Shown here in pieces: positions 11,474 to 20,061 of a stretch of DNA of 64,000 nucleotides. The position numbers and the translations under genes are program-made. How positions within the stretch are numbered: position 1 is the stretch's first letter; each line of letters opens with the position of its first letter. The DNA comes from an uncultured Actinomycetes bacterium (GTDB lineage: Bacteria > Actinomycetota > Thermoleophilia > UBA2241): positions 256,001 through 320,000 of the forward strand of contig CAVRZA010000001.1 in the NCBI GenBank assembly GCA_963725665.1, in the 5' to 3' direction. Below the pieces are notes generated by a model, which was given only the letters and a program-made list of their open reading frames with translations, had not been told where the DNA came from and made no database searches.

Positions 11474-12757
11474 ATGCTGGACTGGGTGGGGGAGCGACCG
11501 CGCGGCTGTGACGATGCCGCCCGTCAGGCGCAGTTCGTGGACCTCCACCGCGACCACGCCACCGGCGTCTTCAACCTCGCGCTGCAACTCGTCGGTCACC
11601 GCGAGGATGCGCGTGATATAACCCAGGAGGTGCTGCTCAAGGCCTTCGAGCAGCTGGCGCGCCCCGGTCCCTTCAACGCTCGTGCCTGGCTCTACCGCGT
11701 CACCGTCAACGCCTGCTTCGATCATCTACGCGCCCGGCGCAGAAAGCCGGTCATCGATCTCGAAGGCCGCGCCGAACCCGCGGCCACGGTCAATGAATAC
11801 GAGCAGGCCGAGCTGCAGCGGCAGCTGGGCTGTGCGCTGCGCCGGCTGCCGCCGGCGCAGCGCACAGCCCTCATGCTGCGCGAGGTCCACGGCCTCCCGG
11901 TCGCCGAGGTCGCCTACGTGCTGGGCGTGCAAACCGACTCTGCCGCCGTCACGCTCTCGCGCGCCCGCAGCTCGTTCCGGCGCCGCTTTCTCGAGGTCGC
12001 GAACGGCGCGACGACGGAGTTGCGCGAAGAGCGGGACGCCGATGTCGGGGCGGCCGGCGACGCACGCCGCCGTCGCGCCCTGGGGGGCGGCGCGTCGGCC
12101 GGCCTGGTCGTCGGGGTGGGCATCGGCCTGCCCTCGCTCTGGTGGCCGGCGTTGCCTCTGCCGGCGAGCCTCGAGGCCTCGTCGCTGCTCCCGGCCCTCG
12201 CGCCGGCGGCGCCGGTCGCCGCGCTGGCGGCGCCAGCCGCGGCGGCCGGCGCCGCCGGCGCGATCGGCAAGATCGCCGCGGCCCTCTCCACCAAGGCCGC
12301 GGCCGTCGCCGTCGGCGCGAGCCTCGTGGCGGGGGGTGTCGGCGGCGTCTACACGGCCGAACGCACGGCGACCTCCACGAGGCACGCCGGCGCTGTGACG
12401 CAGGCATCCGCCCACGCTGTGGACAAGGCGCGAGGGGTCGGCAACGCTGCGAGCCCGCACCCGTCACCGCGCTCGACTGCGCCGGGGTACGCACTGGCTT
12501 CCCCGTCGCCCGGCGCCTCCTCGAGCGTGTTGCCGACGGTGTCGGCGGCGCCGCAGCCGGCCCCGTCAGAGACGACTTTGGGCGAGACCGGCGACCCCGT
12601 CGTCGACGGTGGCGGCTCGGGCATCATCGGCTCGCCGAGTCCCACACCGTCACCGGTGGCGACGCCCTCCGCCTCTGCCTCCGCTCCGGCCCCAGACCCG
12701 ACGCCGAGCCCGTCGGCCTCGCCGTCGGCGAGCGTCTCGCCTTCCCCATCGCCCTAG
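11474..12757 (+). CDS. ECF RNA polymerase sigma factor with long C-terminal extension (Ala-rich, TM helix, Pro/Ser-rich tail)
   Basis: Region 2 DARDITQEVLLKAF..AWLYRVTVNACFDHLR; region 4 LRRLPPAQRTALMLREVHGLPVAEVAYVLG..LSRAR; TM-like KAAAVAVGASLVAGGVGGV; PSPS repeats. Confidence 0.85.
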   Translation: MLDWVGERPRGCDDAARQAQFVDLHRDHATGVFNLALQLVGHREDARDITQEVLLKAFEQLARPGPFNARAWLYRVTVNACFDHLRARRRKPVIDLEGRAEPAATVNEYEQAELQRQLGCALRRLPPAQRTALMLREVHGLPVAEVAYVLGVQTDSAAVTLSRARSSFRRRFLEVANGATTELREERDADVGAAGDARRRRALGGGASAGLVVGVGIGLPSLWWPALPLPASLEASSLLPALAPAAPVAALAAPAAAAGAAGAIGKIAAALSTKAAAVAVGASLVAGGVGGVYTAERTATSTRHAGAVTQASAHAVDKARGVGNAASPHPSPRSTAPGYALASPSPGASSSVLPTVSAAPQPAPSETTLGETGDPVVDGGGSGIIGSPSPTPSPVATPSASASAPAPDPTPSPSASPSASVSPSPSP

Positions 12758-12850
12758 TCCTCGGGGTCGCTCTACTCACGTCCTGCAGCGCGGCACGGCC
12801 GATCTCCGGTCGCGTGGGCCAAAGGCGGTGAGCCGGATTCGGGAGGAGCG

Positions 12851-14542
12851 TCAGTAGCGCGTGCGTCCCGGCAGGGCCAGGAAGGCGCGGAGCCCGTTCT
12901 CGGTGAACGCCTTGACGTTGCCCGAGCGCGGCGGCGTCGAGGGGTTGCCGTCGTTGTCCCAGGCGATGCCGGTGAATGTCAGTCCGACGGCCTGTAGCTC
13001 GACCAGCTCGACGCCGCCCGTGGTGACGCCGGGCTGCATGGAACCGGTGGCTGCGTTGTACGCGTGGACGAGCTCATGGTAGAGGCCGACGATCGGCGGG
13101 CGCTTCATCCAGGGGTCGGCGCCGGCGCCCACCGTGATCCTGTACGGGTCGTAGGAGACCTTACTGCCAGAACCACCGCCGCGCACGCCGCCCGCGCTCA
13201 GGTAGGCGTTCGCAGCATCGAGCACCTGCGTAGCGTTGCCGCCGGACGTCGGCGCAGCCACGACGCTGCGCCGCGCGTCATCGATAGCTGCGAGAAGACG
13301 GCGACCGATCGGCAAGGAGCGCAGCGCCTCCATGTCGGAGGCGAAACGGGGCGCGAAGGCGGGGTCGGTCACGGAAGAGACGGAGCTTCCCGGGGGCTTG
13401 CCGGCGGCGTTGGTCGACGCGAGCGAGACCCAGGTCACCGTGCCGGGGGCGCTGAAGGGGCGGCGGTCGGTCCGCTGCGCGAACGTGCGTTGCGAGCCGC
13501 TGCCGCCATCGTATCTGTCGCTGCCGCCGCCCCCGGCGAGCAGGTCGTTGCCCGGTCCACCGTAGAGGGCATCATCGCCCTGGCCACCGAAGAGAAGATC
13601 GGAGCCGGGACCACCGTTGAGCCCGTCGTTGCCCGTCCCACCGTCAAGGTAGTCGTTGCCGCCGTCACCGCGCAGCGTGTCGGCGCCGCCGAGCCCGTAG
13701 AGGACGTCGTCGCCGGCGCCGCCCTCGATTCTGTCGTCGTCGGCGTCGCCTTCGAGGTAGTCGCGCCCGTCGCCGCTGGAGAGAGAGTCGTCTCCCGGGC
13801 CTCCGGTCGCGCCGTCGTCACCGGCTCCCGCCCACACGCGGTCGTTGCCAGCCCCGGCATCGATGAGATCATCGCCGGCTCCTCCGTGGATGGTGTCCGC
13901 CCCGCCGCCGCCGAAGATGCGGTCCGCTCCCGGGCCGCCGTTGACGACGTCGCGGCCGGCGCCGGCGTCGACGTAGTCGTCGCCGGCGCCGGCCGCGACC
14001 CTGTCGGCTCCCTCTCCGGCCCAGACGCTGTCGGCTCCGGCGCCTGCGGTGATCACGTCGTCGCCGCGCCCGCCGAGGATGGAGAGGCCGGCGGTGACGC
14101 TGATGTCGGCGGTGATCGTGTCGTTGCCCGCCAGGCCGTCGATGAGCAGCTGCGGCACGTCCTGCGCCGCGTGGGTCGTCGCGCTGCCGTTGATCGTCAC
14201 CGTAAGCGAGCCGTCGTCGTTCTGGTGGATCAGGATGGTGTCGTTGCCGGGCGTCCCGGAGGCGGTGACGGTGGCCGTCGCCGCGGCGGTCCTCGGCGCG
14301 GTGGCCGTCGCCGCGAGGCCGGCGAGGTCGGGAACGTCGCGACTGGCGGCCTCGCGCACGGCGACCGAGGACGGCGACGCGACGGGCGCCGCGAGCCAGG
14401 CGACGGCAAACACGGCGGCGATCACTGTGCCAGCGAGCGCCATGCCGCCTCCGGTCGCGCGTTCGCGATGGATTCCAGCCCCACGGCGCGGCTCACGACG
14501 TTCGCTCACGCCGAGTGCGTGTTCTCCCGTCGGCTCCTCCAC
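12851..14542 (-). CDS. Exported hemolysin-type Ca-binding (RTX nonapeptide) repeat protein with C-terminal M91-like zinc metallopeptidase
   Basis: Hydrophobic N-terminal segment; roughly 20 GGxGxD repeats; [38 protein letters not shown] start at 14542 has a GAGGAG RBS. Confidence 0.8.
   Translation of the reverse strand: MEEPTGEHALGVSERREPRRGAGIHRERATGGGMALAGTVIAAVFAVAWLAAPVASPSSVAVREAASRDVPDLAGLAATATAPRTAAATATVTASGTPGNDTILIHQNDDGSLTVTINGSATTHAAQDVPQLLIDGLAGNDTITADISVTAGLSILGGRGDDVITAGAGADSVWAGEGADRVAAGAGDDYVDAGAGRDVVNGGPGADRIFGGGGADTIHGGAGDDLIDAGAGNDRVWAGAGDDGATGGPGDDSLSSGDGRDYLEGDADDDRIEGGAGDDVLYGLGGADTLRGDGGNDYLDGGTGNDGLNGGPGSDLLFGGQGDDALYGGPGNDLLAGGGGSDRYDGGSGSQRTFAQRTDRRPFSAPGTVTWVSLASTNAAGKPPGSSVSSVTDPAFAPRFASDMEALRSLPIGRRLLAAIDDARRSVVAAPTSGGNATQVLDAANAYLSAGGVRGGGSGSKVSYDPYRITVGAGADPWMKRPPIVGLYHELVHAYNAATGSMQPGVTTGGVELVELQAVGLTFTGIAWDNDGNPSTPPRSGNVKAFTENGLRAFLALPGRTRY
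13490..14140 (-). repeat. 27-nt-period coding repeats (RTX GGxGxDxLx nonapeptides)
   Basis: e.g. [54 protein letters not shown]. Confidence 0.85.
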
Positions 14543-14615
14543 ACAGGCTCCTCGTCCGGGACGCTGCACCCCGGCACGCGTCCAGCGGGCGCGGGGACAC
14601 GACCGCCTGCAAGCA

Positions 14616-14645
14616 TAAACGTATCCGAGCGTGGTTTCCTTAGCA
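14616..14645 (-). promoter_or_regulatory. Putative ECF promoter of the RTX/M91 gene
   Basis: Minus strand reads TGCTAAGG-N16-CGTTTA. Confidence 0.6.
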
Positions 14646-14743
14646 CGCCGAGAGTGGCCGACGTTCGAGGGGTCGTGCGGGGGACTCAAGTGCGTCTCGC
14701 GGGATTCCCACAGCCTCTCGGGGTGCCTGCGACGCGCGTGGGC

Positions 14744-16069
14744 TCAGCCGAAGACGGGCACGAGGAAGCCTTCGCTGTCGAACTCGAGGCGGCGCTCGTC
14801 GCGATCGACCTCGAGCTCCCAGATGGCGCTCAAGGCGCCGAGGCAGCCCCGCGACACCAGCAGGCGCTCAAGGCGCATGGTGTCGCGGATCCACACGAGG
14901 CGCAGGTCGTCGTCGGTGTAGGGCCTGATCGTCGTCAGGAGCGCGGCGATGACCTCGCGTTCGGTGGCGAACACGAGCGGCAGCCTGGAGTCCTCGGGCG
15001 TGCACGAGGTCAGGGCGTTCATCGCCGTCGCCTCGAGGTCGATGCCGGCGGCGAACCTGCGGCTGACGGCGGAGACCATACCCAACCCCAACGCGTTGCC
15101 CTGCGTGGTCGCGCTGAGACGACGCACCACGATACGCGCGATGCACGGCTCCTCCCGGGGCGCGATCCCAAGGCCGCGGGAGGAGCCGATGACGTTGGGG
15201 TCCATGCCGGCGCCGCTGATCTCCTTGCCCATCTCGTCGACGATCAGCAGGTCGATGTCGGTGAGCGGCAGCCGCGGCAGCACGCTCTTCGCCAAGGCCA
15301 GCAGCATGATCTCGGTGGCCTCGAGCGTCTCGGGTGGCACGAGACGGACGACCATGGGCTCGTGGTCCTGGTTCTCGACGATGGCCACGGCGAAGAGGAC
15401 GTTGACCTTGGCGAGGAGGGCGCGGGCGACGGCGAGGATCGACTCGCCGAGCCCGCGCGAAAGGCCGTAGCGGTGGTACCGCTCGGCCCCCGCCTGCTTG
15501 CCGAGGCCAATGGCCAGCATCTTGAGAGGGCCGCTCTCGACCGGTCCGACGAAGTCGGTGTGCGGCTTCACGCGGTTGACGAGGACGACACCGTCGGCCT
15601 CGTATGCGTTGCGGTCGAGATACAGGGGGATGCCGTTGGCTTCACCGAGCACCGCGACCTCCATCGTCGCGCGCACCGGCGCTCCCACGCTGTCGGGCGT
15701 GACGCCTCGGTGGGCGAGCACCTCGGTCTGCCCCTGGGCCGTCGCGCCGCCGTGGGAACCCATGGCGGGCACGATGAAGGGCTCGAGTCCCTGCTCCTTC
15801 AGCTTCGCGACCACGTGGCGGACCGTCTCCGGCAGGCGGTCGATGCCGCGGCTGCCGACGGCGACCGCCACGCGCGCACCACGGGGCAGCGTGATGCGCG
15901 AGGCCACCGACTCCCACTGGCCATCGATCTCGCGCGCAGGGTCGACGGGGGGTGGCACCACGAAGCTCTGGCGGACCAGGTGCATCGCTGGCAGCCGTGG
16001 TTCCCCCTTGTGAAGCGGGAACGAAAGAACGGGGACGCTGAGGGAGCCTGCTGAGGGTGTCTCGTCCAC
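14744..16069 (-). CDS. Lactate racemase (LarA)/DUF2088-superfamily protein; start uncertain (alternative ATG at 15985)
   Basis: VAVAVGSRGI, PFIVPAMGSHGGATAQGQ, NRVKPHTDF, ESGPLKMLAIGLGK, GKEISGAGMDPNVIG. Confidence 0.8.
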   Translation of the reverse strand: MDETPSAGSLSVPVLSFPLHKGEPRLPAMHLVRQSFVVPPPVDPAREIDGQWESVASRITLPRGARVAVAVGSRGIDRLPETVRHVVAKLKEQGLEPFIVPAMGSHGGATAQGQTEVLAHRGVTPDSVGAPVRATMEVAVLGEANGIPLYLDRNAYEADGVVLVNRVKPHTDFVGPVESGPLKMLAIGLGKQAGAERYHRYGLSRGLGESILAVARALLAKVNVLFAVAIVENQDHEPMVVRLVPPETLEATEIMLLALAKSVLPRLPLTDIDLLIVDEMGKEISGAGMDPNVIGSSRGLGIAPREEPCIARIVVRRLSATTQGNALGLGMVSAVSRRFAAGIDLEATAMNALTSCTPEDSRLPLVFATEREVIAALLTTIRPYTDDDLRLVWIRDTMRLERLLVSRGCLGALSAIWELEVDRDERRLEFDSEGFLVPVFG

Positions 16070-16109
16070 GAGGGCCAGCGTACCACTACGCGCCCGGGCC
16101 AGGGAAAGA

Positions 16110-16150
16110 GTCGACGGCGCGCGACGCGGGGTCGACGGCGCGCGACGGGG
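16110..16150. repeat. Tandem 17-bp direct repeat (21-bp period) in a divergent promoter region
   Basis: GTCGACGGCGCGCGACG at 16110 and 16131. Confidence 0.7.
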
Positions 16151-16212
16151 GTTAACACCGCCGCGCCAGGGGTACTAGGGGCCCAGGTCGCTTCTCACGT
16201 CTGGGGGATCAC

Positions 16213-16452
16213 ATGGCGAACGACACCGCTTCACTCACGCTCGACTGCATCGGGCTATACTGCCCCGAGCCGCTCTTCCAGACCCGCGAGAGCATCGACT
16301 CGATCGAGATCGGCGAGGTGCTCGAGGTGTTCACGGACGACCCGGCGGCCGAGGAGGACCTCACGCGCTTCGCCAAGCGCGCGGGTCACGAGGTCGTGGC
16401 CCTCGAGCGTGACGGTGACCAGCTGCACATCCTGATCCGGCGCCTGAAGTGA
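16213..16452 (+). CDS. tusA: Sulfurtransferase TusA family protein
   Basis: LDCIGLYCPEP motif; GEVLEVFTDDPAAEEDL; 79 aa. Confidence 0.9.
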   Translation: MANDTASLTLDCIGLYCPEPLFQTRESIDSIEIGEVLEVFTDDPAAEEDLTRFAKRAGHEVVALERDGDQLHILIRRLK

Positions 16453-16550
16453 CGCGGCGCTGAGGCTCGCGATCGGACTGCGATCGCTCCTGCCGCGCCC
16501 GGCAGGGCGCACGACCGGCAGTAACACCACGACGGATAGGGAGAGAGACG

Positions 16551-16913
16551 ATGAGAAACGAGAAGGCTATCCTCTACGTGCAGACCACAGACCAGCCCGA
16601 GAAGCAGTACTCGCCGCTGGTGCTCGCGCAGACGGCGAAGGCCATGGACCTCGAGCCCGCCGTCTACTACCTTGGCTTGGGGCTCAAGATCCTCAAGCCG
16701 GGCGCTGCCGACCAGATCAAGCTGGGGACCTTCCCCAGCGTCAAGGAGATGCTCGACAAGACGCTCGGCATGGGGATTCCCGTCTACGTGTGCGAGGCTT
16801 CGAAGCAGATGCTCGGTTGGGAGACGGTGGAGCTCATCGACGGCGTCAAGATCGTCGGCGCGGGGACGCTCAACGACCTCTCGCTCGACGCCGGCGCCAC
16901 GATGTGGTTCTGA
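16551..16913 (+). CDS. DsrE-family protein
   Basis: YSPLVLAQTAKAMD, YYLGLG, GIPVYVCEAS with conserved Cys, IVGAGTL. Confidence 0.8.
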   Translation: MRNEKAILYVQTTDQPEKQYSPLVLAQTAKAMDLEPAVYYLGLGLKILKPGAADQIKLGTFPSVKEMLDKTLGMGIPVYVCEASKQMLGWETVELIDGVKIVGAGTLNDLSLDAGATMWF

Positions 16914-16947
16914 TTCCGCAGTCGTCGTGTCGAGAGAGAACGCGCCG

Positions 16948-18132
16948 ATGACGGTGATCGCGCAGAGCGACGTCGTCTACGCCGACTATCAGTCGTCGAA
17001 GCCGGTCGACGCGCGCGTCGTCGAGGCGATGCTGCCGTACTTCGCGGAGACCTTCGGCAACGCCTCGGCGCTGCACGGTGTCGGCGACGTGGCCACGGCC
17101 GCCCTCGACGACGCGCGCGCCCGCGTCGCCGCCTTCTTCGGCGCCAAGCCCGAAGAGATCGTCTTCACTTCGGGTGCCACCGAGTCCAACAACCTCGCCA
17201 TCATCGGGTATGCGCTGCGCAACCGGCGCAAGGGCGACCACGTGCTGATCACCGAGGCCGAGCACATCTCGATCCTCAACATCGCCAAGTACTTGCAGAA
17301 GAACGGCTTCACCGTGACCCGTGTGCCCATCGACCTCTACGGTCGCGTGTCGCCCAAGAAGCTGCGCGCGCGCGTCACCGACGACACCATCCTGGTGTCG
17401 GTGGGCTGGGCGAGCAACGAGATCGGCACGCTGCAGCCGGTCGCCGAGATCGCCGAGATGCTCGAGGGCACGGGGATCGTGCTGCATAGCGACGCCGTCG
17501 CCGCCGAGGGCCTCGTGCCGCTCGACATGAGCGCCGTGCCGGTCGGCCTCATGAGCCTCTCGTCGAACGACCTCTACGGGCCACGCGGCCTGGGCGCGCT
17601 CTACGTGCGCAAGGGCGTGCAGCTCGCGCCGGTCACGATCGGCGGCGGCCAGGAGCGCGGGCTGCGCTCGGGCACCGAAGACCTCGCCTCGATCGCCGGC
17701 ATGGCCGCCGCCACCGACGTCATGGCGGCCGAGATGGCGACTGAGGTGGCGCATATCAGGGCCATCCGCGATCGTCTGGTGGAGCGGGTGCTCGACGAGA
17801 TCCCCGACTCGCACCTCAACGGCCACCCCACGGAGCGCTTGCCCAACAACGCGCACTTCCGCTTCGACGCGGTCGAAGGCGAGGCGATGGTGCTTTCGCT
17901 GCGCGACGCCGGCATCGCGGCGGCGACCGGCTCGGCCTGTAGCTCCAAGACCCTCGAGCCCTCGCATACCCTCCTCGCCACCGGCCTGTTGCACGAGGAG
18001 GCGCACGGCTCGCTCGAGTTCACCTTCGGGCGCTACAGCAAGGAGGAGGACGTCGAGCGCATCATGGACGCGCTGCCGGCGGTCGTGGCCCGGCTGCGCA
18101 GGCTGTCACCCCTCTATGCGGAGAAGGCCTGA
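16948..18132 (+). CDS. iscS: IscS/NifS-like cysteine desulfurase homolog with Lys-to-Asp change at the PLP site
   Basis: FGNASALH, FTSGATESNNLA, NEIGTLQP, GGGQERGLRSGT, catalytic ATGSACSS retained; canonical SxHKxYGPKG reads SSNDLYGPRG. Confidence 0.88.
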   Translation: MTVIAQSDVVYADYQSSKPVDARVVEAMLPYFAETFGNASALHGVGDVATAALDDARARVAAFFGAKPEEIVFTSGATESNNLAIIGYALRNRRKGDHVLITEAEHISILNIAKYLQKNGFTVTRVPIDLYGRVSPKKLRARVTDDTILVSVGWASNEIGTLQPVAEIAEMLEGTGIVLHSDAVAAEGLVPLDMSAVPVGLMSLSSNDLYGPRGLGALYVRKGVQLAPVTIGGGQERGLRSGTEDLASIAGMAAATDVMAAEMATEVAHIRAIRDRLVERVLDEIPDSHLNGHPTERLPNNAHFRFDAVEGEAMVLSLRDAGIAAATGSACSSKTLEPSHTLLATGLLHEEAHGSLEFTFGRYSKEEDVERIMDALPAVVARLRRLSPLYAEKA

Positions 18133-18199
18133 GGGGCGGGCCTGGACGCGCGGCGACCTCGGACACTGACGACGAAACAAGTGGCGACAAGGACGGACG

Positions 18200-19009
18200 A
18201 TGAAATCGACCCAGTACACCGACAAGACCCTCGAGCACTTCCGTAACCCGCGCAACGTGGGCACCCTCGAGGGCCCCAACGTCGCCGTGGGCCGCGTGGG
18301 CAACCCGACCTGCGGCGACCTCATGGACATCTACATAGAGGTCGACGACGACCGCATCAAGGACATCAAGTTCCAGACCTTCGGCTGTGGATCCGCCGTG
18401 GCGACCTCGAGCATGATCACCGAGCTCGTCGTGGGCATGACGCTCGACGACGCCCTGAAGGTCTCGCGCGGCGACGTCGCCGACGCGCTCGACGGTCTGC
18501 CGCCGATCAAGATGCACTGCAGCAACCTGGCGGCCGACGCCCTGCACGAGGCGATCAAGAACTGGCGCGAAGGCGTCAAGCCGGAGGACGCGATGAAGAC
18601 GCCGGGCGGCACCGCCTGTCACCCGATCCCGGCGGCAGTGGCCGAGGTCGAGATCGCCCGACTCGACGAGTACGAGGGCAAGGGCCTGTACCGGCGGGTG
18701 AACGTGGAACAACTCAAGGACCTCGCCGACCAGCGCGTCGTCGTGCTCGACACCGGCGACCGCGCCGCCCAGCTCGCCATGGACCTCACGCAGCACACCG
18801 GCCGTGTCGTGCTGATGACCATCGGTAAGGAGCCGAGCGTGACGCCTGCCGTGCGCTCGGCTCTGCGCCTCAGCGACGTGAAGGTGCTGGGCGAAGCGCA
18901 GCCGCTCGAGCTGCTTGGCGAGGGCGAGCTCGAGCGCATCCGTGTGCACGACCTCAACGAGGACGAGGAATACGAGCTCACAGCCGACGCGTTCGTCGTG
19001 CTGAAGTAG
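18200..19009 (+). CDS. iscU: Fe-S scaffold IscU/NifU fused to a degenerate thioredoxin-reductase NADPH-binding domain
   Basis: EHFRNPRNVG, GNPTCGD, FQTFGCGSA, LPPIKMHCSNLA; extra about 120 aa EYEGKGL..RVVVLDTGDRAAQLAMDL..GEGELERIRV..ELTADAFV. Confidence 0.85.
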   Translation: MKSTQYTDKTLEHFRNPRNVGTLEGPNVAVGRVGNPTCGDLMDIYIEVDDDRIKDIKFQTFGCGSAVATSSMITELVVGMTLDDALKVSRGDVADALDGLPPIKMHCSNLAADALHEAIKNWREGVKPEDAMKTPGGTACHPIPAAVAEVEIARLDEYEGKGLYRRVNVEQLKDLADQRVVVLDTGDRAAQLAMDLTQHTGRVVLMTIGKEPSVTPAVRSALRLSDVKVLGEAQPLELLGEGELERIRVHDLNEDEEYELTADAFVVLK

Positions 19010-19145
19010 CATCGTCCCCGCGCTCGGCGACTCCCACTGCGGCGCGGCGCGTCGTCGTGCAGGGGACGGAGACTCGCCGAGTCGTGACGTGCCCTGCGCT
19101 CGTGCGGGTCGGCCGCGCGACGCGCGGCAGGTAGACTCTCTCCTC

Positions 19146-20045
19146 GTGACTTCTCGCAGCGCAGCCTCAGCCGAGGGCGGCCGGCGCGCAGCCGGCACGG
19201 CCGCCCTCATCGTAGTCGTCGTCGCCTTCTCGTTTCAGACGGGCTCGGCGTTGGCTACGCGCCTGATCGGGCACGTCGGCATCGTCGAGGCGGTGTGGCT
19301 GCGCACGGCCTTTGGTTTCGCGATCCTAGTCCTCGTGCAGCGTGGCGGCCTGCGCTGGCCGGAGCGGGGCCATCGGCTGGCCTTTGCCGCCCTCACCGTG
19401 TCGCTGGCGGCCATGAACCTGAGCTTCTACGGCGCCATATCGCAGGCCCCGCTCGGTGTCGTGGTGGCGGTGGAGTTCCTCGGCCCTCTCTCCGTCGCCG
19501 TGGCCGGTTCGCGCCGGCCGCTCGACTTCGCCTGGATCTCGCTGGCTGCTGTGGGCGTTGTGTTGCTCGCCGGACCCACGAGCTCGGTGAGCGCCCTCGG
19601 GCTGAGCTTGGCGCTATGTGCAGCGGCCTCGTGGGGGTTGTTCCTGGTCTTCGCCAAGCGCGCCGTGACGGCGATGGACCCGCTCCCGGTCGTTACTCTG
19701 ATGCTGGGGTGTTCGACCCTGCTGCTCACACCAGCGCTGGTCACGACAGACCCGTCGTCGATGCTCAACGGGACGGCGCTGCTGCTTGGCTTGGCGGTGG
19801 CGGTGCTCTCGTCGAGCTTCCCATACGTGCTCGAGCTCGTCGCCCTGCGGCTCGTGCGGGCCGCGACCTACGGCGTGTTCTTGAGCATCGAGCCCGCGGT
19901 CGCCGCGCTGACGGGCTTCGTCATCCTGTCGCAGCGCTTGAGCGTAGCCGAGTGGGCGGCCATCGCCGCCGTGGTGGCCGCCGCAGCCGGCTCGAGCTGG
20001 ACCAGCAAAGCCGGCAAGCAAGTCGCTGAGATAGCGGCGGTCTAG
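19146..20045 (+). CDS. EamA/RhtA-type DMT transporter
   Basis: About 10 TM helices; QTGSALA, MNLSFY.AI..PLGVVVAVEFLGP, SSSFPYVLELVALR, LSIEPAVAALTG. Confidence 0.88.
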   Translation: MTSRSAASAEGGRRAAGTAALIVVVVAFSFQTGSALATRLIGHVGIVEAVWLRTAFGFAILVLVQRGGLRWPERGHRLAFAALTVSLAAMNLSFYGAISQAPLGVVVAVEFLGPLSVAVAGSRRPLDFAWISLAAVGVVLLAGPTSSVSALGLSLALCAAASWGLFLVFAKRAVTAMDPLPVVTLMLGCSTLLLTPALVTTDPSSMLNGTALLLGLAVAVLSSSFPYVLELVALRLVRAATYGVFLSIEPAVAALTGFVILSQRLSVAEWAAIAAVVAAAAGSSWTSKAGKQVAEIAAV

Positions 20046-20061
20046 GCGCCGGCAGGCTGGA

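Noticed and set aside
13490-14140. Regular repeats that might be a CRISPR array
   Set aside because: They are degenerate 27-nt coding repeats (RTX nonapeptides) with no unique spacers and no cas genes.
13064-16054. 996-aa plus-strand ORF and other very long ORFs (42097..44640 minus, 24091..26673 plus, 32309..33877 minus)
   Set aside because: They are antisense or off-frame shadows of well-supported genes, expected in high-GC DNA. They carry no independent motifs, apart from the short RsbW-like segment within 24091..26673.
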